A DNA stretch of 64,000 bases, from positions 352,001-416,000 of the forward strand of contig OZ242186.1 of assembly GCA_965205675.1 (NCBI GenBank), in the 5' to 3' direction. Made by a program: the position numbers and the translations under genes. A model generated the notes under the pieces. That model did not search any database, was not told the DNA's origin, and saw nothing but the letters and a program-made list of their open reading frames with translations. This stretch comes from Nitrosopumilus sp. (GTDB lineage Archaea > Thermoproteota > Nitrososphaeria > Nitrososphaerales > Nitrosopumilaceae). This document shows, piece by piece, positions 1 through 9,421 of this stretch. Positions within the stretch are counted from its first letter, which is position 1. Every line of letters begins with the position of its first letter.

Positions 1-2
1 TT

Positions 3-95
3 GGTAGACGTGCTATTACACTTGATGTGAAATTAGGCGATAAATCGAAAACCTTAATCACTAGGTTGGATCATATAAAACCATTCGGTGTATAA
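3..95 (+). CDS. rpl21e: 50S ribosomal protein L21e, C-terminal part (window edge)
   Basis: Hand translation GRRAITLDVKLGDKSKTLITRLDHIKPFGV*; L21e-like C-terminus in the conserved archaeal rpl21e-rpo4-DUF655-ksgA order. Confidence 0.85.
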   Translation, partial: GRRAITLDVKLGDKSKTLITRLDHIKPFGV

Positions 96-96
96 T

Positions 97-423
97 ATGG
101 AAGAAGTAAAAAAGAAACAAGCTATTTCTCTTTCAGAAGTTAAAGAAATTTTAGGCAAAGTTGATGTTGAAGAAATGGATCAAATTCAGCGTTGGACATA
201 TGATTATGTTTCAAAATTTGTATCAACTGAATCAAAAGATGCAAAAGATATGAAAAAAAAACTCATCAAAGAATGTGAATTAACAGAAGATGAAGCTGTA
301 GAAATAGTTAACATTAGACCTACAAGTTTAGCTGAATTACGTTCATTCACATTTGGTTGGAAAAAATTAATTCTTGCTGAAACCTTAGAAAAAATGCTCA
401 AAATAATCAAGGAGCATTCGTAA
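97..423 (+). CDS. rpo4: DNA-directed RNA polymerase subunit Rpo4 (F)
   Basis: ISLSEVKEIL...DYVSKF...AVEIVNIRPTSLAELR motif; ATG at 97 directly after the L21e stop. Confidence 0.9.
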   Translation: MEEVKKKQAISLSEVKEILGKVDVEEMDQIQRWTYDYVSKFVSTESKDAKDMKKKLIKECELTEDEAVEIVNIRPTSLAELRSFTFGWKKLILAETLEKMLKIIKEHS

Positions 424-443
424 GTTTTTAGGAGTATTCAATT

Positions 444-1010
444 TTGTCTCGGGCACAACCCCCAGCTAGAAAGTATGAGGAGCATGTATATGTTTTAGAT
501 TTCAATTCTAGAGGTAAATCATCTACTGTTAGAGGTAGGGATGGAATTATAATTACTGCAATTGGTGAGAATAGATTAACTTTATTGGAAGTTCTTGGTA
601 TCCCAAATTCTACATTTGAAATTGGGGAAAAAATCTACATTGGAAAAGAAGGACGAACCAAGGTTTTGTCTGTTTTAGGAAAAATGGAATATGATAAAAT
701 TTCATCATCTGCACAAAGTGAACTAAGTGCAGTTGTTGAAAACATTGTAACAGCTAATGAACAAAAATTTGTTACATATCTCAATAATGCACAACCTCTA
801 ACGCCAAGAATACATGCTCTGGAATTAATTCCAGGTATTGGAAAGACCTACATGAAAACTATGCTTGAGGAAAGAGAAAAACAAAAATTTGAAAGCTATC
901 AAGATTTGCAAGAACGTGTTGGGTTTAAAGAACCAATTAAGCACATTTCTGAGAGAATTCTAGATGAAATTACAGGTGAAAGTAGAATGAATCTCTTTGT
1001 TAAGAGATGA
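444..1010 (+). CDS. DUF655 family putative RNA-binding protein
   Basis: EEHVYVLDF, YIGKEGR, HhH-like LELIPGIGK, FESYQDLQERV; conserved operon position. Confidence 0.9.
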   Translation: MSRAQPPARKYEEHVYVLDFNSRGKSSTVRGRDGIIITAIGENRLTLLEVLGIPNSTFEIGEKIYIGKEGRTKVLSVLGKMEYDKISSSAQSELSAVVENIVTANEQKFVTYLNNAQPLTPRIHALELIPGIGKTYMKTMLEEREKQKFESYQDLQERVGFKEPIKHISERILDEITGESRMNLFVKR

Positions 1011-1714
1011 TAAAACGAAAACGTCTTGGACAACACTTTCTAACATCTCATTCCATAGCCAAATCCATTGTTTCTGAGGCAAAAATTACAAAAAATGATG
1101 TTGTTTTTGAGATTGGGATTGGAGATGGAATATTGACTCCTCTTTTATGTCAAAAAGCTGATAAGGTAATCTCAATTGATGCTGATGAAACACTGATTAG
1201 AAATGTCAAATCTAGATTTTCCAATATTGATAATCTTGTCTTAAAATCTGGTGATGGTTTTAAGGAAAAAAATGTTTTTGATATTTTTGTTTCAAATTTA
1301 CCCTATTCTAGAAGTAAAGATGCAATTGAATGGTTAGCCCAGACTTCTTTTTCTCATGGAGTGATTATGGTTCAAAAAGAATTTGCAGATAAGCTTGTTA
1401 CACAGTCTTCTAGACAGAGAAAATCTATTAGTATTATTGCAACTCATGGATTTAAAATTAGTACAATATCTAAGGTAGGAAAAAATAATTTTGCCCCTCC
1501 TCCAAAAATTGATTCTGTAATTCTAAAAATTATTAAAAAAAACGATATGACAAAGGATCTAATTCAAACAATTAACAAAATTTTCTCATATCGTAGAAAA
1601 ACTGTCAAAAATGTTCTTAAACAATTCAATAAAGTAAGTGCAACGGATAAACGAATAGATGATCTTTCAGGAGATGAAATAATTAATCTTGCAAAGAAAA
1701 TCCTTGAAAAATGA
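1007..1714 (+). CDS. ksgA: 16S rRNA adenine dimethyltransferase KsgA/Dim1
   Basis: LGQHFL, EIGIGDG, SNLPY, MVQKEFA, FAPPPKIDS. Confidence 0.95.
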   Translation: MIKRKRLGQHFLTSHSIAKSIVSEAKITKNDVVFEIGIGDGILTPLLCQKADKVISIDADETLIRNVKSRFSNIDNLVLKSGDGFKEKNVFDIFVSNLPYSRSKDAIEWLAQTSFSHGVIMVQKEFADKLVTQSSRQRKSISIIATHGFKISTISKVGKNNFAPPPKIDSVILKIIKKNDMTKDLIQTINKIFSYRRKTVKNVLKQFNKVSATDKRIDDLSGDEIINLAKKILEK

Positions 1715-2234
1715 CGAGTATCCTCCTTCTGAGGATACTTTTTTTATTGTAGATAATATCAAAAATGAAACAGGAGAGTATGCTTTAGATATTGGAAGTG
1801 GCTCTGGTTACTTGACAAAATTATTATCTGAGAATTTTTCTTTTGTTGTTGGTACTGATATTAATTTTAATGTGTTAAAAACTCAAACTTACAAAACAGA
1901 AAATTTAGTTTGTTGTAATAGTTCTGATGCATTAAAAATAAAATTTAATTTTGTTGTATGTAATTTACCTTATCTTGCAACAAATGAAATCATTGATGTT
2001 GCGACTGATGGTGGAGAAGAAGGATTTGAAATTCCTAAAAAAATATTTGATTCTGTGATTAAAAATATATCTGATAAAGGCAAGTTTGTTTTTGTAACCT
2101 CTTCATTGTCCAATTATAAAAAATTGATTAAATATGCTCAAAAATTAGGACTAAAAACTAGAATTATAGCTAGAAAGAAACTTTTTTTTGAGGAATTAAT
2201 TCTTGTAGAAGCTACTTTTTACTTATTTTCTTAG
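1689..2234 (+). CDS. HemK2/PrmC-like N5-glutamine methyltransferase
   Basis: YPPSEDT, LDIGSGSG, NLPY, DGGEEG, FFEEL. Confidence 0.85.
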   Translation: MQRKSLKNDEYPPSEDTFFIVDNIKNETGEYALDIGSGSGYLTKLLSENFSFVVGTDINFNVLKTQTYKTENLVCCNSSDALKIKFNFVVCNLPYLATNEIIDVATDGGEEGFEIPKKIFDSVIKNISDKGKFVFVTSSLSNYKKLIKYAQKLGLKTRIIARKKLFFEELILVEATFYLFS

Positions 2235-3275
2235 ATTTTCTTTGGCGTATGTAATTATTGCATCAGTCATTTGTGTCGTAGATGCATTACCTCCAATATC
2301 CCATGTTACTGTGTTTCCTTCGTTAATTACTTGTTCAGTTGCAATAAAGATTGCATCTCTAATTTCCCTTTCACCCATATAATCTGCCATCCAAGCTCCA
2401 GATAGAATAGTTGCAGTTGGATTTACTTTGTTTTGTCCTGCAAATTGTGGGGCACTTCCATGTGCTGCTTCAAACATTGCATAGTTGTCTCCAATATTTG
2501 CAGAGTAGATTAATCCAATTGAACCTATCAACGCTGATGCTAACTCAGAAATAATATCCATGAATAAATTGGTACTAACTAACACTGAACCATCAAACTG
2601 TTCAGTTGCAATTACCATTTGTTGTGCCATGTTATCTATATAAATCTCAGATAGTTTTATTCCAGTTCCTTCAACTGCTTTTTGTGCTTCATCCCAAAAT
2701 ATTCCATCAGTTTGTTTTAGAATATTTCTTTTTGTTATTGCAATCATTTTTTTCATATTGAATTTATTTGCCCAATCTACTGCTGAATCAACCAGCCTTC
2801 TACTTCCTTGCCTTGTAATTTTTCTAATTGCTATTGCAGCATCATCTGTGATTTTTGATTCTACTCCTGTGTAGAGTCCTTCAGTTGCTTCTCTGAAACA
2901 TACACAATCAAGTTTTCTATTTGGTGTTAATCTGTCATAAGTTTTAGTTGGTCTGATATTTGCATAAAGATCAAATTTCTGTCTTAATGTAACTGCTACA
3001 CTTCTAGGTGCTCCGGGAACTGGTATGGTAGTAGTTGGACCTTTAAAACAACAATCTACATCCTCCAGAGTTTTCATGGTTGTATCAGGAATGTATGAAT
3101 CATCTTTTCTGCCATTTTTGTCCCATTGTTCTGAACCTGCTTCACAGAGAATTAGTTCTGATTGAAAGTTGCATTCCTTTAGTACTTTTAACATTGAATC
3201 TACAACTTCAGGGCCTATGCCATCCCCTTTCATCACTGCTGTTTTTTTACTCAAAACTGCAAGATTTTGAGTCAT
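2223..3275 (-). CDS. Isocitrate/isopropylmalate dehydrogenase family protein
   Basis: [38 protein letters not shown]; true start may be a few codons downstream. Confidence 0.9.
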   Translation of the reverse strand: MTQNLAVLSKKTAVMKGDGIGPEVVDSMLKVLKECNFQSELILCEAGSEQWDKNGRKDDSYIPDTTMKTLEDVDCCFKGPTTTIPVPGAPRSVAVTLRQKFDLYANIRPTKTYDRLTPNRKLDCVCFREATEGLYTGVESKITDDAAIAIRKITRQGSRRLVDSAVDWANKFNMKKMIAITKRNILKQTDGIFWDEAQKAVEGTGIKLSEIYIDNMAQQMVIATEQFDGSVLVSTNLFMDIISELASALIGSIGLIYSANIGDNYAMFEAAHGSAPQFAGQNKVNPTATILSGAWMADYMGEREIRDAIFIATEQVINEGNTVTWDIGGNASTTQMTDAIITYAKENLRK

Positions 3276-3365
3276 TTATTATTTAATTCTACCTGGATTT
3301 TGAAATGCTTTCTATATTTTTTCTATAGAGATGATTTAATACCTAATTTAGCAAATAATTTTCAA

Positions 3366-4112
3366 ATGCAGATAGTTCAAATCTCTGATTTACATGTTGG
3401 GTCTCAATTTTTACAAGAAAAATTTGATGTCTTGGTAAATGAAATAAATGAATTAAATCCTGATGTAATAGTAATAACTGGGGATTTAACAAATGAAGGA
3501 TTAATGAAAGAATATGAGCAATGTAAATCTCTTTTAACACAATTTAAAACAAAAAAAATCATCACTATTAGTGGAAATCATGATTATAGAAATACAGGTT
3601 ATCTCTTATTCAAGAAATTTTTTCCATTTGAAACAGTAAATGAATTAGGTGATGATATTGTTTTAGTTACAGTTGGAACTGCTAGACCTGATAGAAATGA
3701 AGGTGAAGTGGGATATAGACAAAATTTGTGGTTAGAGAGAACTATGAAAAAATACAAAGATAAAGTAAAGATTGTTGCAATGCATCACCATTTAATTGCA
3801 ATCCCTGATACTGGTTCTGATCAACTTACTGTAGTTGATGCAGGCGATGTACTTCGAACTATTTTAGATTCTAAAGTTGATGTTGTATTATGTGGACACA
3901 AACACAGACCTTGGGCTTGGAATTTCAGATCACTTACAGTTGTTAATGCAGGAACTGCTACGTCTGAACGGGTTCGTGGATTCTTTGAGAATACATACAA
4001 CATTCTTACCATTTCAAACAAAAAAATTCAAGTTGATCTGAAAATTGTAGGTGGTAAAAGATTTTCAATTGATGAAATTGTTAATAATCACTCTCAATTC
4101 CCTGACGAATGA
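3366..4112 (+). CDS. Calcineurin-like metallophosphoesterase (CpdA/Icc-like)
   Basis: SDLH, GDLT, GNHD, HHH and GHKH motifs; ATG at 3366 preferred to the longer ORF start. Confidence 0.9.
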   Translation: MQIVQISDLHVGSQFLQEKFDVLVNEINELNPDVIVITGDLTNEGLMKEYEQCKSLLTQFKTKKIITISGNHDYRNTGYLLFKKFFPFETVNELGDDIVLVTVGTARPDRNEGEVGYRQNLWLERTMKKYKDKVKIVAMHHHLIAIPDTGSDQLTVVDAGDVLRTILDSKVDVVLCGHKHRPWAWNFRSLTVVNAGTATSERVRGFFENTYNILTISNKKIQVDLKIVGGKRFSIDEIVNNHSQFPDE

Positions 4113-4145
4113 ATTTATTTACAGATAACTTCTAGGCCTCTTTAT

Positions 4146-4232
4146 GCGGGGATCGCCTAGCCTGGTAGGGCGTAGGATTGCTAATCCTATGTCCGCAAGG
4201 ACACGGGGGTTCAAATCCCCCTCCCCGCGCCA
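4146..4232 (+). tRNA. tRNA-Ser(GCT)
   Basis: Acceptor GCGGGGA/TCCCCGC, anticodon arm TAGGA-TTGCTAA-TCCTA, long variable arm, GGTTCAAATCC T-arm, encoded CCA. Confidence 0.97.
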
Positions 4233-4267
4233 TTAAACCTTAATAGACCGAATCAAGAAGTTTTTTC

Positions 4268-4429
4268 ATGGGACGAAGAAAATCACAGAAAATCATTCGT
4301 ACTGGCCCAAAAAATGCAACAACTGGTATGTGTCCTATTTGTAAAACAATTGGTAAAATTTTCATTCTTGGTTCTCCTGGTGAAGAGAGAGCAAAATGTG
4401 AAAAATGTCGCCAAGAATTCGAATTATAG
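4268..4429 (+). CDS. 53-aa zinc-ribbon protein, Elf1-like
   Basis: Hand translation MGRRKSQKIIRTGPKNATTGMCPICKTIGKIFILGSPGEERAKCEKCRQEFEL*; basic N-terminus and two CxxC; absent from the ORF track. Confidence 0.75.
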   Translation: MGRRKSQKIIRTGPKNATTGMCPICKTIGKIFILGSPGEERAKCEKCRQEFEL

Positions 4430-4612
4430 TTTAATCATCTAATTTTAAAGGATATGATTTAGGATCAAATTTTCTTGATTTTTATTTTTGATAATGATCG
4501 TTTTTCATAAATATGTCTTTTTTAAAAATTAATTGTGAAAAAAATAGAGGCGCCATAATTAAGAAAAAGAATTTTCCTACAATTAAAATAAACCTAAACA
4601 CTGTAGGGATCT

Positions 4613-5759
4613 ACATAATTGCGACTTGGGCATAATTATTTACAAAAATAATTCTCAGTGATTTCCTAACAACAAAGCATTCTCTTCACAGTTCTTGGAT
4701 TCTCTGCACCAATTGCACAGTTGTAATACACTGTCAACTGATACACCAACATAAATGATTTGACATTGTGCAATCCCCTTACTGGCAATACTCTGATGTC
4801 AAAAATATCTTTGAGATACTCAAAGAGAGACTCAATTGAGATTTTTCTATCTGCATACAGCTCTTGACCAATTACAGAATTGTAAAACTCTGCGAGTTTT
4901 ATTCTCTCTGGTGGTGTATGCGGGTATTGTTTTATTGGAGTAATTAGTCTCAGATTTTTCTTGTTGCTAAATTGGTGCAGTGAACCATTGTCATATGCAG
5001 GATCACATAAGATATTCTCAACAAATCCTGCAAGAGATTCAGTTAGTATTTCATACATCTTGCCGTCATGAACATTTGCAGTTGAGACATAAGCAGATAA
5101 AGGAACAACCAGTTTGCCAGTACTGCAACTTATGTGTAGTTTATATCCAAATATTCAACCCTTTGATTTGGATAATCCTCATTGAACAATCAGTGTCAAT
5201 TCCTGAAATTGGTAAACGATTATTCTTCATGTCTGATTTGTGCCATACTGGACCCTGTGGCTTTTAGCATTGAACTATCAACTGATGCAGATACGTCATC
5301 GACTAGTTTATCGGAGATAAACTGACTTTCCATTGTCCCAACGATATCACCAATTGGCAGAACTTGAAATCGTCTGTCAATGGTTCTTCTGTTTGGAATT
5401 TGAGTTAATCTACAAACCTTGAACAATTTATCATCAGTACCTTTAGTTGAAAGAAAATAATGAAACGTATTGTTACTAGGAATTCTCATCCACGACTTTA
5501 TGATAAATAGTTGCACCATTAGAATAGTTGAATAGACATACGGCCCTGCCCGATCTGAATACTTCCTCATACAAAGACAACATTCCCACCAAATGTAACA
5601 CACAAATAAGAAATGATTGATACCTTATGTTGCTGGGGATTTTCATTTGTTTTAACATTCCAATGAACAAAACATGATAAGATCCTTAACTTTTTGATTT
5701 GAATAATTTGAGAAACTAAACAAGAATTAGAATTAATCATGCCCATGTCTCGGATATCT
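4613..5759 (-). mobile_element. IS982/IS5-like DDE insertion sequence, inactivated
   Basis: Imperfect 25-bp terminal inverted repeats (4613-4637 and 5735-5759, 18/25 identical); transposase pieces VDSSMLKA, G*IFGYKLH, ANVHD, CDPAYD, RKISIESLF; family assignment tentative. Confidence 0.8.
4666..5670 (-). pseudogene. Transposase pseudogene with frameshifts and an in-frame stop
   Basis: Split into ORFs 5476-5670, 5220-5603 and 4666-5058; TGA in place of the expected Trp codon before IFGYKLH. Confidence 0.8.
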
Positions 5760-6034
5760 GATAATTGATGATATCTGTATGGTTAATTTAATGAATCGTC
5801 AGGTAAAATATTGATGATTTCTATGTAGCCATAACTTTGTAATTAAAATACAAAAATACTATTCCAAAAATTACAATTGGGAGTCTCTAACTAAACCAAT
5901 TATCACCTATAATACTTGAAAGGTTATTCAATTAAAGATAAACCAAATAACTGACATGGTGTGCGATCCATCTCCGATATGAATCATCTAGTAAAATATG
6001 TGAAATATTTCTCATCTAAAGTCTTACAGATTGG

Positions 6035-6952
6035 ATGATTCAATACAAATATGTGGATCTAGGGCAGATAACACCAGAGTTCCAAAAAGAGATTAGAAAC
6101 AACATTGGTGATATCTATATTGGAAATGTATCAGGAACCGATGGCGCAATATTCTCAAAAGACGTGTTTGCATCTGAAACGTTACAAAGAAAGTTAGCAT
6201 CATTACCAAAATTTCATTTTATGCATATTTTGGAAAAACAAGAGATACCGTTACAGGTTGGCATGCCTCTGGATAAAGTACTGCCAGATAATTCTTTACA
6301 TGAATTTTTAGAAAACGAGTCAAAGAAACTCATAGTAAAGCAGGTCAAGGATTCATTTAATTTTGATGATAGTTTCTGGCTTGACTTGTGTGTTGTTCCA
6401 CCGCTACCAAAGACTGAGTGGCTAATACTTTGTTCCTTACATCATAATCCAAAAAACCTTACAAAACAAGTTGCAGATATTGACTCAAACGATAGGGATG
6501 TGATATCTGTACTATTGCAGGAGATGAATGATGAGAAAAAAATCAAAGTTGTAAGGACCAGAAAGATGGGAAGTCAGACAGAAAAAATCTACGGACTGAG
6601 TGAGAAATCACTAATTTATTTCCCAACTGACTATTCGCTAATTGGGCAAGCTGAGGGGATTAATGATGTTGCAACTGCTGCATTTGATCATAATGTTTCC
6701 TTTGGCAGATTTGTAAGCATTGCAAAACAGAAAGGCGATGACAGAGTGGATATGTTAGCATATGACTATGATTCAAAAGAAGTGATATCAATTGAGATAG
6801 AGTCCCAGTCTGAAACCAGTTCTCATCCTGAACAGGTAAAGCATAACGGTGAAAAGTGGATAAAGATGGGTTTTGATTCTTGTCAGATCTGGAGCAAGTC
6901 AAAGAAGATTAAAAATTATGTCACAAATTGTGATGTGTTTGTTGTGCAATGA
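6035..6952 (+). CDS. 5'-truncated TraD/VirD4/HerA-like ATPase C-terminus fused to a putative HTH and PD-(D/E)xK-like domain
   Basis: DLGQI..EIRNNIG..IGNVSGTDG..LASLPKFHF resembles the coupling-protein tail after Walker B; no Walker A/B present; C-terminal RVDMLAY..ISIEIES. Confidence 0.5.
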   Translation: MIQYKYVDLGQITPEFQKEIRNNIGDIYIGNVSGTDGAIFSKDVFASETLQRKLASLPKFHFMHILEKQEIPLQVGMPLDKVLPDNSLHEFLENESKKLIVKQVKDSFNFDDSFWLDLCVVPPLPKTEWLILCSLHHNPKNLTKQVADIDSNDRDVISVLLQEMNDEKKIKVVRTRKMGSQTEKIYGLSEKSLIYFPTDYSLIGQAEGINDVATAAFDHNVSFGRFVSIAKQKGDDRVDMLAYDYDSKEVISIEIESQSETSSHPEQVKHNGEKWIKMGFDSCQIWSKSKKIKNYVTNCDVFVVQ

Positions 6953-7094
6953 TTATTTTGATAATAGAAAAAAGAGATTAGCGCGTTGGCCTAACCTACC
7001 TAAGAACTAACATTATTAGTTTAGATTTTTTAATAAACCTTGTGGGCCTGTAGCATGAGGGTAAGGTCAAGAGTTATACTCACAAAGAAAAGTC

Positions 7095-7317
7095 TTGAAT
7101 CCCTCTTTGAGTATCTCAAAGATATTTTTGACATCAGAGTATTGCCAGTAAAGGGATTGCACAATGTCAAATCATTTATGTTGGTGTATCAGTTGACAGT
7201 GTATTACAACTGGGCAATTGGTGCAGAGAATCCAAGAATTGTAAAGAGAATGCTTTGTTGTTAGGAAATCACTGAGAATTATTTTTGTAAATAATTATGT
7301 CCAAGTCGCAATTATGT
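7095..7317 (+). mobile_element. Partial second copy (3' end plus terminal repeat) of the IS at 4613-5759, inverted
   Basis: About 220 bp nearly identical to the reverse complement of 4613-4835; encodes LFEYLKDIFDIRVLPV...KRMLCC; ends CCAAGTCGCAATTATGT. Confidence 0.92.
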
Positions 7318-7419
7318 GAATTGAAAAAGATACTAAGATAAGATGCACAATGTCAATTTTGTTTATATAATTTTCTTGAAATGTGTTTAGTAATCATATT
7401 TTTGTATTACAAAAAGTGT

Positions 7420-7602
7420 CTATCGTCTTTTTCTTCTTTGTCCAGGCTTGTTTTGACCCGGAAATCTGCCCAAGACAAATCGTTTCTTAAAGTTGCTTTT
7501 ATTACCAACACTAGAACTAGTACCTACAATCTTTCTACCTTCGACTTTGGGGGTTTGTCCCCGTACTTTACCTGCCTTGGTAAGTGAACCGTGTGTTGCC
7601 AT
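7420..7602 (-). CDS. rps30e: 30S ribosomal protein S30e
   Basis: HGSLTKAGKVRGQTPKV signature. Confidence 0.95.
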   Translation of the reverse strand: MATHGSLTKAGKVRGQTPKVEGRKIVGTSSSVGNKSNFKKRFVLGRFPGQNKPGQRRKRR

Positions 7603-7645
7603 GTTTTGAATGAAGAAGTAGTGAATTTATGTATTTGGATGGAAA

Positions 7646-9379
7646 TTACCAATATTTGGCTTTGACCGTCTCAATGACTTGTTCGTGTTCTTTACTCTTT
7701 CTACGGGCATATTTCTCCATTGCACCTAGAGGTACGCCGCCAAGAGATCTAGCAATTGCATTAAAAAAGTATCTTTGTGGACCTTTTGCACCTGTCTTGG
7801 TCATGAATTTTTGGATACCATATTTGAAATTGTGTTGCCATGTCTTGTAAAGAACTCCTAGTTGTGCAGGAGTCATTTCATTTCCAATATGGAAAAAGTC
7901 AGATTTTTCTAGTAATCCAATAGGAACAAAGGTCAATGCAGTAGCTGTAAACATTGAATCCGGTTGTTCTCGTTCCAATTCACTTAGCAATCTTATAGTC
8001 TCCCAAGAATCTTCAGGAGTTTCATCATTATCAAGTCCCATGATTAATGTGAATGCAGGAATCCAATAGTCCTGATTCAAAGTTTTCACACCTTCTTTTA
8101 CAACCCAGTGCCATTCAGATGGATCATATGGCGCAAGTTTTCTATCAGCATATTTGCCAATTAATCGAAGACTACCAGTTTCAAATCCTGCCTGAATGCC
8201 AATCATGTTATCTGGACTTGCTTTCATAATTCTAGATAAATTAGGAATTAATTTCTCATCAGCTATTGCACCTGCTAATGTACCATGAGTTGGGTTTGTG
8301 TGTTCAACTCCAGTAGACATGATTGCAGTGAATAATTCTTCTAATGCTTCTCGATTTGGTTCCATACCCTTTGCAGTTCTAGGATCCATACCATAAACGA
8401 AAATATCATCACTGTGAATCCATGCCGATTTTGAACCACCTTTCTTTATGTTAACTTCAATTTCTTTTTTGACTTTTTCTGGAGAATAATATCTCAATGA
8501 TCTTAATGTGACATCACAAAATTTACAACCTCTACCACAACCACGCATTACCTCAACCATTCCATGCATACTTGGCTCGACAATGTCGGGAATTTCTTCC
8601 AGTTCTGGCCTGTCCCAAAAATTGACAAATCTCCCATGAAGTTTTTTGCCATTTCTTTCAAATTCTTTAATGTTAACTTTGAAATCACTTCTTTTTCTGA
8701 AAGGATCCATATTTTCAAAATCATCGTTGATCAAATAGTTAAAGAAACGACCTGCATGTCCATCAATTTCAGGTGCAATGCCTCCAAGCTCTCCTTCTAA
8801 AATTGCATAGATACCAAATTCTTCAATCTTCTCTGGATCATAGTTGTATTGCCATGTTCCAGATGCACCAGAAATTACTTTGGCTTTACTGCCAGTTCTA
8901 GCTTTTGCAGCTTTAATTCTGCGATGTAATTCAGCATTGTAAAATTCATCATAAGATATTTGTTTTCTTCCATAAGTAAATGTCATAGTAACTGGACCCA
9001 TTCCAAGTGGATCCATTTCATAAGTTCCAACAACTTCAGTTTCAGGACCAATGAATTTTTCAATGTGGTTTGGGTGAGCAACGACAACGTCTTGTCTACT
9101 AAAACCATCACGAAGCAAGCCTGCTTCTAATTTTCTTAATCCATATGGAGCATATTTTGCGACACCATCAATATCAGGAGACCAATTACAAATGAAATCA
9201 AATAGAATTCTCGGAGTAACCTGATTTTTAAGAATTTTGTACCAAAAACTGCTTTTGTCTCTATTAGGGTCAAGTGCTGGAGCACATCCGAAAAACGTTG
9301 CAAGTGATAGACCTCTATAAGGCGACATGAGTGTTCTATCAGCAGTTAATACAATTTTTGGATGACCCATACTCTTCAT
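7646..9379 (-). CDS. B12-binding-type radical SAM enzyme, likely GDGT ring synthase (GrsA/B)-like
   Basis: RGCGRGCKFC (CxxxCxxC), GFETGS; N-terminal IVLTADRTLMS and APYGLRKLEA recalled as typical of the Grs-like family. Radical SAM call is secure; Grs call is inference. Confidence 0.65.
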   Translation of the reverse strand: MKSMGHPKIVLTADRTLMSPYRGLSLATFFGCAPALDPNRDKSSFWYKILKNQVTPRILFDFICNWSPDIDGVAKYAPYGLRKLEAGLLRDGFSRQDVVVAHPNHIEKFIGPETEVVGTYEMDPLGMGPVTMTFTYGRKQISYDEFYNAELHRRIKAAKARTGSKAKVISGASGTWQYNYDPEKIEEFGIYAILEGELGGIAPEIDGHAGRFFNYLINDDFENMDPFRKRSDFKVNIKEFERNGKKLHGRFVNFWDRPELEEIPDIVEPSMHGMVEVMRGCGRGCKFCDVTLRSLRYYSPEKVKKEIEVNIKKGGSKSAWIHSDDIFVYGMDPRTAKGMEPNREALEELFTAIMSTGVEHTNPTHGTLAGAIADEKLIPNLSRIMKASPDNMIGIQAGFETGSLRLIGKYADRKLAPYDPSEWHWVVKEGVKTLNQDYWIPAFTLIMGLDNDETPEDSWETIRLLSELEREQPDSMFTATALTFVPIGLLEKSDFFHIGNEMTPAQLGVLYKTWQHNFKYGIQKFMTKTGAKGPQRYFFNAIARSLGGVPLGAMEKYARRKSKEHEQVIETVKAKYW

Positions 9380-9421
9380 GGAAATAATTTTCTGATTTAT
9401 TTTAAACCTTGCTAGTCAAAT

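Noticed and set aside
7040-7264. 74-aa ORF as a real gene
   Set aside because: Chance in-frame junction of flanking DNA with the transposase 3' fragment
4200-7400. tRNA-Ser-integrated element with attL/attR sites
   Set aside because: I found no duplicate of the tRNA 3' end and no integrase, and a probable native gene separates the tRNA from the IS block
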